Shown here: piece after piece, positions 1 through 12,595 of the stretch
How the letters are laid out: each line of letters starts with the position of its first letter
How positions within the stretch are numbered: position 1 is the stretch's first letter
From: Eledone cirrhosa
Taxonomy: Eukaryota
Direction of reading: 5' to 3'
Assembly (NCBI GenBank): GCA_964016885.1
Contig: OZ024742.1
Coordinates: 236,778,001-236,842,000, forward strand
DNA: 64,000 bases
The notes under the pieces: generated by a model
What the model was told of the DNA's origin: nothing
Databases searched by the model: none
What the model saw: only the letters and a program-made list of their open reading frames with translations
Position numbers and translations under genes: made by a program

Positions 1-1000
1 AGATCTGTACTTATGCCCTATAGGGAAGTGCTTGTCCATGAGCGCTAGGAATTTCTTACTTACATTAGTTCTTACTCAAAGCGAGAAGTGTGGGCAGAGC
101 CAATTTATTATTTCTTTTACTATTTTTCTTTCTACTGTTAGTGTGATTAGGAGGGGAGTAAGGCATTTTATCGGAGAATCCGCTGTTGGCTAACGTGGTG
201 TTGTAGTAAAGTGCCGCCCTGTCAGAGATAGTATCGCTAGAAGAAAGATTTAAGATCCTAGTGCGATGTTTTTGACGAAGTTTTTAAAGACCGTGTGCGG
301 GTGGCATGAGTCCCTTGCGTATAAGTCATTCAGTTTGTGGAAACGTCTGAATGTGTGTGTGCAAAAGTCTAGGTTGATGTCTAAGTAATTTACACTAGTA
401 AGATTAGTGACTACAAGGCTTTTAAGTCCTAACTCATTGTACGTGGCTATTAGGTTTTTCCTAATTTGGTCATGGTCTTAACTGTTCTTATGGCTCGATA
501 TTGTCAGACCGTCGTCGCGTATAAACCCTTGTGGTAGTCTGGGAATTTGACTAGCAACGTATCTAATATATATAACCCAACCAAATCGCATACATCAGCA
601 CTACCGAATGATCCCATTGAGATATCAAACAGTTTTGAGCTAGTTGAATTTTTGCTCAGGCTACTCCATTATTGAAAAGACGTGTTTTCCTGCTGTGGAA
701 TATGATATGTTTGTCCACATCATAGACGAATGTGTACGTAGTCGCGAACTCCAAAGCTTTATACAACAAGGTTGCCGATATCAACGAGTAGAAGTTTACT
801 ATGTCGAACTGGGTGAATTTAACTTGGTTGGTGTTGAAGGAGTTAAAGCACTTAACAACAGTGTTGCTTTTGTCCCACTGGGACCGGTTGGATTTCTTCC
901 TAATGATCCCAATGGTCGTCACTAGTCATCTAAACATAGATTTGCTAACTAGCCCTAACTGTCTGTAATGGGTTTAACAGTCTGTAAGTGGGGTTAGTAG
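1..1000 (-). pseudogene. Degenerate Penelope-like element reverse transcriptase fragment
   Basis: Minus-strand translation gives PLE RT motifs FDIVNFYS (ORF 656..922), FDISMGSFGSADVCDLVGLY, GLYRDDGL and NYLDINLD, broken by stops and frameshifts; homologous to ORF 7344..9386. Confidence 0.85.
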
Positions 1001-1311
1001 CAAATTCGGCCTTGTGTGCCTCACATTGTGCATTGATGAAAGAACACATATCTAGCAGAGGTTACGTAACAGTACTTGCCTTAGAAGGAGATTTTTTAAT
1101 CGCTTCTCCACGCTGCGAAATTTCTATGACATAACTCGAAGGACCCGAGCTTTAGCCCGCGCTGAACTATCACAAGAGATCGTTCTTCAGAAGTCCTCCC
1201 CCTACAACAGTCATACTCGTGTTAAGTCCCTTGTCACAGCCTCAACTTCTAGCATCTGCTGCGCAGAATCAAGCCAGCCCATAAATACTTCTGTCCCGCT
1301 ATAACGATGCA

Positions 1312-1349
1312 TGAATTGAAGAATCCTTCAGATGAAAGGTGTGTTCTCA
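1312..1349 (+). ncRNA. Degenerate hammerhead-like motif in a probable inverted pLTR of the PLE at 1-1000
   Basis: TTGAAGA-atc cttca gat-GAAA-ggtgtg-TT; C3 mutated and stems I/III imperfect; opposite orientation to the adjacent RT. Confidence 0.3.
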
Positions 1350-2281
1350 AGTACGGTTTGTTAATTTGTTATGGAACTAACTCTATACCAAACTTGTCCT
1401 TTGGATTGGGTGCTCTACCAACTTTGGATATGACCTCCCGATGTTTCCTTACTATATATATATATATATATGAATGGATGGACGGAAGGATGTGGTCGAT
1501 ATGATCAACCGCTAATTCTCTTTAATATGGTTCCTCAGCATAGCTGCGATTTAATGAGTGAAGTCAGTAAAAGAGTAAATAATTTGGTGAAATTACTGAA
1601 ACAAGTCACAGACAAATACACTATCATCTAGTTACCCTAGTTTCATGGATTATCTCTGGCAGTTATGGTCGCCATTACATACTTACACACTCGTCCTTTA
1701 AAGCTTGTGTCCCTTTCACACTTATGTCCCTACCATGTTACACTATATTTATTTACTTTCTCTATTTATTTATTTATTTACTTGGTTATCAATTTCATAG
1801 TTTTGTTTATCAAAAATATTTCTTTTTTTTTCTTTCTTTTCTTCGGTCTTTTTTCTTTCTTTTCTTCTTTCTTTCTTGGTTTTTACTTGTACCTCTCGTT
1901 TCTTTACCCCTCTCACCCCTCCTTCCATGTCTTTCCTTTTTTTGTGACGTTTTACTTTACAACGTTTCAATTTCTCCCACTTTCTCTCTCCCTGTCTCTC
2001 TGCTCTCTCAGTGTTGCTCTGTCTTTGTACTTCACTCTCTCACAATCTTTCTCTCCCTATCTCTGCTTCTCCCTCCCCTCTCAAGTTTCTTCATCTTCCA
2101 TGGTGTGTTTTATATTCTCATCTATACTGACACCGCTCTCCTTCTTCACCCCCCCCCCTATTGACTCTACTCTCCCTCCTGTTATGCCCACTTCCTATTC
2201 CTCCTCCCTTACACTCTCATTATACACCACCCTCTCTTGCTCTCCTTTTTATCTCCCACTCTCTCACTCTCTCTTATTTCT

Positions 2282-2318
2282 ATATGTGTGTGTGTGTGCG
2301 GTGGGTATATATATGTAT

Positions 2319-2378
<60 letters not shown>

Positions 2379-2385
2379 TATAAAC

Positions 2386-2469
<84 letters not shown>

Positions 2470-2476
2470 TATAAAC

Positions 2477-2513
<37 letters not shown>

Positions 2514-2598
2514 TATATGTGTGTGCGTGTGTGTGTATACATATATATATATATATATATAATATATGTATACACACACACACACTCACACACATATA

Positions 2599-2633
<35 letters not shown>

Positions 2634-2661
2634 CATATATATATAATATATGTATATATAC

Positions 2662-2756
<95 letters not shown>

Positions 2757-2775
2757 CATATATATATATATGTGT
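2282..2775. repeat. (TA)n/(CA)n/(CT)n compound microsatellite
   Basis: Direct reading; source of the YIYI ORFs. Confidence 0.95.
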
Positions 2776-3387
2776 GTCTGTTGTGTTTATGTATGTATAC
2801 AAACACTCACATATATATAACCTTACTCAAAACATTCCACTTAAACATTTGTTGCAGTAACAGGTTGTCTGCCTGCCTGTCTGTCTGGCTAATTATGGGG
2901 TTACTTAAACATTAGACACAAGCAGACAAACAAACAAATAAACAAATAAATAAATACACGAAAACAAACGACCTTAGCTCCAATTTCTTGAGAACTGATA
3001 ATATAAACACTTTTAATGGTTTTTACAGTTTTAACACATATATCGTTTTGGACTGTACAGATATTTTAATGGATATCGAGGTAGAAGCCCTAATTTATTT
3101 GCTCAGTATTTAAAAAAAATGTTTTTCAAAGAAAAGATTGTAGATTATATGTAAATGTAATCAATGGCTAAAGATCAATAAATAAATCAGTAAATAAAGG
3201 ATTCAATTTCAAAATTTCTGGCTAAAGAAAATTCAAGAAAACACCTTATTAAAAACATTTGTTGATCTACTTTCTGTAGTATATATATATATATATATAC
3301 ACACCCCCACACACACACACACATACATATATACATATATATATATATACAAGGACGATTTGTTAAGTCTTCATTACGTTTGTTGAT

Positions 3388-3474
3388 AGGTGACGCGCGT
3401 TTCGCTATTGATCAGTTCTAGGTTCGATCCGTATCGATCTGGCCTGACTCTGGAATCAAAAGCTCGTCGAACCT
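3388..3474 (-). ncRNA. Degenerate type-I hammerhead with long stem II
   Basis: aggt-TCGACGA-gcttttgat...atcaatagc-GAAA-cgcgcg-TC-acct; palindromic stem III, but core C3/U4 altered. Confidence 0.5.
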
Positions 3475-3505
3475 CTGCTGTTGTAATGAGTTATACGCAC
3501 ACAAA

Positions 3506-3591
<86 letters not shown>

Positions 3592-3592
3592 A

Positions 3593-3730
3593 GTTATTCC
3601 GGGTTGAATCGGAGGTAACCACAGTAAGTAAGGTACTCAATACAGTGCAGAGTATAAATGTTTAATATAGAAAAGCTTCTACAGGACTAAAACTGTTTCA
3701 TTCGTGAGAAATCATTAGGAAGCTGACTGT
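3593..3730 (-). mobile_element. PLE pLTR-type module (family B) with hammerhead at 3674-3724, core mutated to CTAATGA
   Basis: agcttc-CTAATGA-tttctcacgaat-GAAA-cag ttttagtc ctg-TA-gaagct; downstream gtattgagtaccttacttactgtggttacctccgattcaacccgg shared with 23826 and 27201. Confidence 0.75.
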
Positions 3731-3965
3731 CCAAGTAAATATGGTGGTATTTATATATTTTCTGGTGGTAGGAGAGGGTGGGGATCGGGATGGGTGGAGA
3801 TCGTTGGTTGATGGGTTTAAAGAAAAGGGAATTCTTTAAAAGTTAATTCTTTAAAGCTATAATTTATATTTAGAGTGACATTGGTCAGCAATGCGAAGAA
3901 ATACCTATGATGACTAGTAGACCACTGATGACGGAGATATTCCTAACTTCTATTTCTAATTCTTC

Positions 3966-4023
<58 letters not shown>

Positions 4024-4024
4024 G

Positions 4025-4056
<32 letters not shown>

Positions 4057-4075
4057 AATATATACATGTTGATAT

Positions 4076-4106
<31 letters not shown>

Positions 4107-4119
4107 CATATATAGATAA

Positions 4120-4533
4120 CGGTGCGGTGAACAGGGGTGGTTGCCGTTCACCAGAGGCATGTTCCCCCAGCTCTTATCTTTAACGGTGCTATAGTCCTGG
4201 GTCAAGCGGAGACCGAGGGAGAGCGCTTGGAAACTGGAATGTCTTCAGGCGCTTACAGTTCTTCAACAATCGGGCAATATGATTGGTGGAAACACCGCCT
4301 TGGCGATCTACAGAGGGTTAGTGGCAGATAAAAGTGACGACGTTCTTAGGGAAACTCTAGACGTCGACGAAAATCAACTAGCCACTCTTTTCAGAGGGAC
4401 TTTCGGTCCAGGTCCCATGGATAATTTCCAGAAATACCTGGCATGGCAGTGCTACCGAGGAGCCTTGCTAGTTCGAGATAAACCCTACAGACATGGAAGT
4501 GCCGTCATCCGGACCTGTCCGAGATGTGAATAA
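4120..4533 (+). pseudogene. Tx1-clade LINE ORF2 C-terminal fragment
   Basis: [29 protein letters not shown]...CPRC matches ORF 62674..63975. Confidence 0.85.
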
Positions 4534-4900
4534 TAATTGTTTCTACTTTTGGCACAAGGTCAGCAATTATCCCAGTGCATTACTGGTGGTTTATTCTATC
4601 AACCCCGTAAGGATGAAAGGCAAAGTTAACCTCGGATTTGAACTCAGAATGCAAAGGGCGTAACTCTATGCTGCAAAGCATAGCATCCGACCTTTTGCCG
4701 ATACTGCCAATCCAATAATAATTATTTCTACTTTTGGCACAAGGCCAGCAATTACCTCAGTGCATTACTGGTACTTTATTTTATCGAACCCATAAGGATG
4801 AAAGGCAAAGTTAACCTCGGCGAGATTTGAACTCCGATCATAAAGGGCCGTAACTCTATGCTGCAAAGCATCGCGTCCGATCCTCTACCGATACTCTCAA
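4531..4900 (-). mobile_element. Two tandem tRNA-derived SINEs (family A)
   Basis: On the minus strand: TGGCAGTATCGG A box, GAGTTCAAATC B box, conserved gcctttcatccttacggggtcgataaaataaagtaccag core, ATT-rich tail. Confidence 0.85.
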
Positions 4901-5373
4901 AATATTAACATCTCAAAATGAGAGGAATCTCCCGGAGAATAATATTATATATTAAAATTAAGTGAGAAAAAAACTCTATTTATGAGAACACAAACAAGAT
5001 AGATAAAAAAATGTTCTAAACTCGCTTATATATAGATCTCCCTACCATGGTTTCGTATGGAGAAGGATTCTTATTGGAACCATCAGTAGTTGAAGAATCC
5101 GCGTAATATTCAGGGGAGTTCATTCTTCAAATGCTAAGATAAGTTGACCAAGAAATCATGCATATAGTTCCATTTACCGAGGCAGCACGCTGGAATAAAA
5201 ACACGGGTAGTCTTACGTGATCAAAAATCCCCTAGCATATTAGGACTATATGACAGGCTTATAGTATCGCTAGAAATATCAGCCAAAAGACTGTCTGGAG
5301 CCACTCTACAAATTAAGGAGCACTTAATTTTAATCCATAATATATATACATACAATACACATATATATATACA

Positions 5374-5439
<66 letters not shown>

Positions 5440-5554
5440 AAAGTTATATTTAAAATTGTTGGGTTACAACTAGTAAATATTTATAACTGGTATAAAAGCA
5501 CTCGACAAATATTTGGAGTATATTTACAATATTAAATAAATGGAAAACTATATT

Positions 5555-5653
5555 TATAAAACCATATTTATTTCATTATATATATTTCGGGGATATCATA
5601 TTAACAATATGCTATGCCTTCATCAGACAAAATACAATATAAACAGTTTTATA
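5555..5653 (-). ncRNA. Type-I hammerhead ribozyme (minimal stem III) in the 3' pLTR
   Basis: uauuuugu-CUGAUGA-agg cauagcauau uguua auaugauau cccc-GAAA-U AUAU A-UA-augaaaua; 8-bp stem I extended by uauaaaacu/gguuuuaua; predicted cut between 5577 and 5576. Confidence 0.85.
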
Positions 5654-7170
5654 GACAAATATGTTCGACATACCGTTATAACACCGACTTCATTTGAAGA
5701 GGTTTACTCTGGCTGTGAAAAAAATTTTACACAGAGAGAAAGAAAAAGAGAGAAAACAGAAAGAAAGACAGAAAACGAAGAAAAGGAAGAAAAAGAAAAA
5801 GAAGAGAAAGAGGAAATGCATGGAACAAAATAGAGAGACGGAAAGATAGATAAAGCGAAGAACTTCATGTAAAGAAACAGAAAGAGATATATATATATAG
5901 AGAGAGAGGAAATAGAGATAGATACACATATATATATAGAAAATTAGGTAGTGGGAGGTCATTTTGAGTAAATGTATCAATGATACGTTTATTTATTTAT
6001 TTATTTATTTAGCTCAAGTATTAATGTAAGGGAGATATATATAGAGAGAGAAAAAAATATAGAGAGAGGAGAGGAAAAAAATATAGAGAGAGGAGAGAGG
6101 AAAAAATAGCGAGAGAAAAAAATTTAAAAATAGCCAGATATATTCGAGGCGTAAAAACCCTATTTTTTAATGTATTAATATTTATAAAACTTACACTATA
6201 TTGTAAATATCAGTATTCCTGAATGAGACAAGTATCTATAATGTGTGAAAATTAATTATCTTATGTTTAGTTTTAAAAAATTCATATGTTTATATGACAG
6301 CTACAAACATCCATGCGAATCTAACTGATTCACTCTGCAAACTCTAAGTTCACGAAAAACGTTCTCAATGTGGTATAAAAATTTGAGCATACAAATATGT
6401 GTATTATTATTCATGTCATTACTCTACCAGATTATCTATCAAGCAGAAGTAGAGAACAGATTTCAATATACTAATAAAAAATATATATCATAAACAAAAC
6501 TAAAAATAAAAAGATAACAATAATAATAATAAGTAAAAATATAGAATAGAACACTAAAAAAATTAAAAAATAAAAATATTACGAAAGAATATTACATAAT
6601 AAAAATATTATATATTAAGCATACTACGTATTAAAAAATATTACGTATTAAAAATTTACATATTAAAGATATTAAAAATACAATAAAAATAAAAAATAAA
6701 AAATAAAAAATATTATAGAAAATATTATAGAATACTACAATAATAAAAATAAAAATAAAAATAAAAATAAAAATAAAAATAAAAATAAAAATAAAAATAA
6801 AAATAAAAATACACCACAAAAGATCAACCCTTCAAAGTTAATTGACGATATATTGCCAAGTTCATTATAAGATAAAGCCAAAAATTATCCATCAAATCAC
6901 ATCTAGCAAAGATCATTTCAAAAAGATTATGATGTCCAATTAGGTCTATATATATTCTTATATTTAATATAGAAGTTTATCTAGTGTAAGGTTTATTCAA
7001 AAATTTGGAGCATCAGCTTTTAGGGTAGCTTAATTTTTCATGAGGAATGTTTAGATAAAAATAAAATAAAAATAAACAATAAAAAGAGAGTAAAAAGAAG
7101 GAATCAAAGGTTTAGGAATCAAAAATTTATCGGCTAGTTTCCCATATAAATATAAATCAAACTAAATATA

Positions 7171-9386
7171 CTACATTTTAAATTTAAATTTATATTTAAA
7201 TGTTGAGTTTAATCTATGTTTGCAACAACTGAATAAATTTGTCCGTAGGTTAAGGGAATTTTTAGATTTTAGTATAAAGAATATCTCCTCTGCGCAGAGG
7301 TCACATGTCTCAGAGGATGAATTAAAAGGAATCCCTCTTGAGACTATATATTCCAAGCCGTCGAATATCTAACGTTATCTAGCTTAAGTTGCCAGAGTAC
7401 GCCTGATAGTGCCGTTGAAGATTTTTTATTTGGATCTGTGAAAGAATTCTTGTGGTTATTATAGCGAAGTTTAAATTCCGTCGATGTGGAACCGACGTAG
7501 TTAAAAGAATTAGAGTCAGTATTAACATTACAATTGTATACTATATTTTTAACTAAGCAGTTGTTATTTAACGGACATTTAGATCTATCTCTACAGTTAC
7601 ATTTGTTAACTTGTATATTATTTATGCTATTATCAGTAGGTTTTAAATTCCTATTATTTATTCTATTAATATTTTGTGCTAAATTTTTGGTGGATGAGTA
7701 GGTTAATTTAATTGTATGCCTATTGAAAATTGAGTGATACCTATGTGTTCTAGGGAAGCGATTATCAAGAGCTTTGAAAAATAATTTAGCGATGTGGGTT
7801 TTAATGTTTAGTGAGAAAGGGGGGGCAAACCAAATTATGTTCCTAGTTCTATTTCTTTTTTGTCCTTTGGAATTATTGTAATGCTTTCTATTATAGTTGT
7901 TAATGTTGTTGCCGTAATTAAAAAAGTTGTTACTTTGTTTAGTTTGTCTATCATTATCTATGTACACAATCTTATCAGCATATCCTGCCCTAGCTAGTGC
8001 TTCATCATAGTATTGGGCCTTTTCGTCGAAAATCAATCTATTCGACGAGATCCTAGAGATACGTTTTTGAACTGAGTTTACTATAGTGTTTTTGACAGAT
8101 CTGGGGTGGTTAGAGTTAAAGTTGACATAGTTTAAGTTTTCATTCAACTTGTGAAAAGGGTAGTGGAGACATGTGTTGAGATTTAATGTTATATCTAGGA
8201 AATTGACTATTCTATGGTTGTTCTCAATTTCTATTTTAAGGTTAAAGTAATTAAAAAATTTTGTAATTTGTTTACATTTTCTATTTAGTTCAGGGTTATT
8301 ATTATTAATAAGTAAAAGCATGTCATCCCTATATAAACCTCCGGTAGTACCAGGTATTTTCCTATGTAGCGAATTGATTAAAAATAAGCCCACAAGGTCA
8401 GTTACCTGAGCTGAGTCGGAAGATCCCATAGTTATGTCAAAATTGCTATCTCTATCTGCTCTGGTCCATAATTTGTCATTAAATTCTATCAAAGTTTTCC
8501 TAGCCGATAATATAATATGCATTTCTTTGCTAGTTAGGTCGGTATGTTTGAATGCGTAATTTAGTGCCTTATTTAGTAGACTAGGGGTAATAGAAGAATA
8601 ATAGTTAGCTATATCAAGTTGAATAAACCTATTATTATTGTTATATTTAATTTGCCTAAACCACTCAACAACCTCTCCAGTTCCCTTCCACAAGCTCAGG
8701 TTAGATACACAGTCCAAGTTCTTAATTTGCTGTATCACCCTGTCAAGAATGTTTTTGCTTAATTTGCCCAGGTCCGATTTTGAAGGTGCGATCAATCTAA
8801 CTGGCAGGTCATTTTCAAAATTCCTCTTGTGGTCCTTCATATTGATCTTCGGTTTCCTGGGCACGAAAGGTTGTGTTCTGTTCTCAATTTCCAACTCGTG
8901 CATTATACAAGATGCTTCGACATTCATTTTCTCAAGTTCGGCCTTATCTGCTACCTTGTACTTTTTCCTCAGCTCTTTCAGTATGAGGCCATTATACATG
9001 TCTTTCCGCACTCCATAGAGGTTGTTGGTCTTGTCAGATTTCACCAAGATCTTCTCAGTTTTCTCTAAGCTCTCAATTTTATCCTTAATGCCTTTCAGAT
9101 ATTCCTGGCCTTTAAAGTTTCTCTTGAATTTGACCCCTTGTATGATAGAAATTATATCGTTTTCAAAGTCAGATAAAAGTTTGTTAGGGGGTGGATTTCT
9201 TTTAGATTTGAAAACTTTGTTTAAGTCCGAGACATTTTCGTCTGTATTAGATTTATCAAAGTGGAATGCACGCCACCTGATTCTTCTTATAAAAGAGTCA
9301 GATTTATCTATTAATTGTTTTATAAAGTCTTTGTTTCTAGGTAGAGGTATGTCTTTTAGAGAGGAAGTAATCTTAAAGAATTCCAT
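7171..9386 (-). CDS. PLE polyprotein: reverse transcriptase + GIY-YIG endonuclease with Cys/His motifs; +2 frameshift near 7345
   Basis: 680-aa ORF with QLDIANYYSSI, FDITMGSSDSAQVTDLVG, GGLYRDD, IIWFAPPFS, CNCRDRSKCPL, IVY...YVGST...FKLRYNNH. C-terminus CDLCAEE...CCKH continues in ORF 7171..7356. Confidence 0.93.
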
Positions 9387-9552
9387 TTTTCCAGTTATAA
9401 TACAAAGCGCTCAACAGTATTGGAGCAAGATACATGGAAAGTTATATTTAAAATTGTTGGGTTACAACTAGTAAATATTTATAACTGGTATAAAAGCACT
9501 CGACAAATATTTGGAGTATATTTACAATATTAAATAAATGGAAAACTATATT

Positions 9553-9651
9553 TATAAAACCATATTTATTTCATTATATATATTTCGGGGATATCATATT
9601 AACAATATGCTATGCCTTCATCAGACAAAATACAATATAAACAGTTTTATA
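9553..9651 (-). ncRNA. Type-I hammerhead ribozyme in the 5' pLTR, ~190 nt upstream of the ORF ATG
   Basis: Same sequence as the 5555-5653 motif; predicted cut between 9575 and 9574. Confidence 0.85.
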
Positions 9652-11953
9652 GACAAATATGTTCGACATACCGTTATAACACCGACTTCATTTGAAGAGG
9701 TTTACTCTGGCTGTGAAAAAATTTTACACAGAGAGAAAGAAAAAGAGAGAAAACAGAAAGAAAGACAGAAAACGAAGAAAAGGAAGAAAAAGAAAAAGAA
9801 AAGAAAGAGGAAATGCATGGAACAAAATAGAGAGATGGAAAGATAGATAAAGCGAAGAACTTCATGTAAAGAAACAGAAAGGTATCACTCAATTTTCAAT
9901 AGGCATACAATTAAATTAACCTACTCATCCACCAAAAATTTAGCACAAAATATTAATAGAATAAATAATAGGAATTTAAAACCTACATATAATAGCATAA
10001 ATAATATACAAGTTAACAAATGTAACTGTAGAGATAGATCTAAATGTCCGTTAAATAACAACTGCTTAGTTAAAAATATAGTATACAATTGTAATGTTAA
10101 TACTGACTCTAATTCTTTTAACTACGTCGGTTCCACATCGACGGAATTTAAACTTCGCTATAATAACCACAAGAATTCTTTCACAGATCCAAATAAAAAA
10201 TCTTCAACGGCACTATCAGGCGTACTCTGGCAACTTAAGCTAGATAACGTTAGATATTTGACGGCTTGGAATATAGTCTCAAGAGGGATTCCTTTTAATT
10301 CATCCTCTGAGACTTGTGACCTCTGCGCAGAGGAGATATTCTTTATACTAAAATCTAAAAATTCCCTTAACATACGGACAAATTTATTCAGTTGTTGCAA
10401 ACATAGATTAAACTAAACGTTTAAATATAAATTTAAATTTAAAATGTAGTATATTTAGTTTGATTTATATTTATATGGGAAACTAGCCGATAAATTTTTG
10501 ATTCCTAAACCTTTGATTCCTTCTTTTTACTCTCTTTTTATTGTTTATTTTTATTTTATTTTTATCTAAACATTCCTCATGAAAAATTAAGCTACCCTAA
10601 ATGCTGATGCTCCAAATTTTTGAATAAACCTTACACTAGATAAACTTCTATATTAAATATAAGAACATATATAGACCTAATTGGACATCATAATCTTTTT
10701 GAAATGATCTTTGCTAGATGTGATTTGATGGATAATTTTTGGCTTTATCTTATAAAGAACTTGGCAATATATTGTCAATTAACTTTGAAGGGTTGATCTT
10801 TTGTGGTGTATTTTTATTTTTATTTTTATTTTTATTTTTATTTTTATTTTTATTTTTATTTTTATTATTGTAGTATTCTATAATATTTTCTATAATATTT
10901 TTTATTTTTTATTTTTTATTTTTATTGTATTTTTAATATCTTTAATATGTAAATTTTTAATACGTAATATTTTTTAATACGTAGTATGCTTACTATATAA
11001 TATTTTTATTATGTAATATTCTTTCGTAATATTTTTATTTTTTAATTTTTTTAGTGTTCTATTCTATATTTTTACTTATTATTATTATTGTTATCTTTTT
11101 ATTTTTAGTTTTGTTTATGATATATATTTTTATTAGTATATTGAAATCTGCTCTCTACTTCTGCTTGATAGATAATCTGGTAGAGTAATGACATGAATAA
11201 TAATACACATATTTGTATGCTCAAATTTTTATACCACATTGAGAACGTTTTCCGTGAACTTAGAGTTTGCAGAGTGAATCAGTTAGATTCGCATGGATGT
11301 TTGTAGCTGTCATATAAACATATGAATTTTTTAAAACTAAACATAAGATAATTAATTTTCACACATTATAGATACTTGTCTCATTCAGGAATACTGATAT
11401 TTACAATATAGTGTAAGTTTTATAAATATTAATACATTAAAACATAGGATTTTTACGCCTCGAATATATCTGGCTATTTTTAAATTTTTTTCTCTCGCTA
11501 TTTTTTCCTCTCTCCTCTCTCTATATTTTTTTCCTCTCCTCTCTCTATATTTTTTTTCTCTATATATATATATCTCCCTTACATTAATACTTGAGCTAAA
11601 TAAATAAATAAATAAATAAACGTATCATTGATACATTTACTCAAAATGACCTCCCACTACCTAATTTTCTATATATATATGTGTATCTATCTCTATTTCC
11701 TCTCTCTCTCTATATATATATCTCTTTCTGTTTCTTTACATGAAGTTCTTCGCTTTATCTATCTTTCCATCTCTCTATTTTGTTCCATGCATTTCCTCTT
11801 TCTCTTCTTTTTCTTTTTCTTCCTTTTCTTCGTTTTCTGTCTTTCTTTCTGTTTTCTCTCTTTTTCTTTCTCTCTGTGTAAAATTTTTTCACAGCCAGAG
11901 TAAACCTCTTCAAATGAAGTCGGTGTTATAACGGTATGTCGAACATATTTGTC

Positions 11954-12052
11954 TATAAAACTGTTTATATTGTATTTTGTCTGATGAAGGCATAGCATAT
12001 TGTTAATATGATATCCCCGAAATATATATAATGAAATAAATATGGTTTTATA
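11954..12052 (+). ncRNA. Type-I hammerhead ribozyme in the inverted pLTR
   Basis: tattttgt-CTGATGA(11981-11987)...GAAA(12019-12022)-tatatata-atgaaata. Confidence 0.85.
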
Positions 12053-12076
12053 AATATAGTTTTCCATTTATTTAAT

Positions 12077-12119
<43 letters not shown>

Positions 12120-12133
12120 TATATATATATATA

Positions 12134-12420
12134 TTAGAAATTAGAAATTATAAGCTTTCACCGTATTTTAGACTAAAGAAATTTCTAGCTTGATAGTGGG
12201 GTTTATAACCCTCGGAGAAATGGAAAAAGATGAGTGTTGCCGTACATGTACGGCAACACTCATCTTTTTCCATTTCTCCGAGGGCTATAAACCCCACTAT
12301 CAGGCTAGAAATTTCTTTAGTCTAAAATACGGTGAAGCTTATAATTTTTAATTTCTAATTTTCAAACTCGCGCACCGTTTCTAAAACATACTTACATGTT
12401 TACGTTTATAATTTGCTTGT
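12134..12420. repeat. Palindromic pLTR-type module (~110-bp arms centred on tacatgta at ~12248) in (TA)n
   Basis: Near-perfect inverted arms; the right arm recurs at 27537-27680. Confidence 0.85.
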
Positions 12421-12548
12421 ATATATATATATATATATATATATACTGGTCATAGGTAGGTAAAAATATCCAAGGTATAGAGCAACTCAAGCCCGTAGGG
12501 TGAGTTTGAATATAATTATTAAATCCAGTTACTACAACAGCGCCATAC

Positions 12549-12595
12549 CAGGTACGTACGTTTCGTTAGCCTTAAGGACAAAGTTGTTCAACCTG
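12549..12595 (-). ncRNA. Degenerate hammerhead-like motif
   Basis: cagg-TTGAACA-...-GAAA-cgtacg-TA-cctg; palindromic stem III but mutated core. Confidence 0.4.

Larger units (their letters stand above)
5436..12082 (-). mobile_element. Penelope-like retroelement (Naiad-like) with direct pLTR and 2.2-kb inverted 3' copy, inserted in (TA)n
   Basis: Direct repeat 5436-5884 = 9434-9881; RT/GIY-YIG ORF between them; 9880-12082 is the reverse complement of 5525-7742; (TA)n at both ends. Confidence 0.95.

Noticed and set aside
1665-2915. Long hydrophobic, YIYI and HTHT ORFs (also at 17-22, 25-26, 39-41 and 54-56 kb)
   Set aside because: Translations of CT-rich, (TA)n and (CA)n microsatellites.
7005-7050. 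SECIS-like AUGA...AAA...GA in the PLE 3'UTR (some Naiads encode selenoproteins)
   Set aside because: Only ~4 bp of helix II can form and the ORF contains no in-frame UGA.
5540-12067. Three copies of the MENYIYKTIF ~100-aa ORF
   Set aside because: Antisense to the PLE pLTR and hammerhead, low complexity, and frameshifted between copies.
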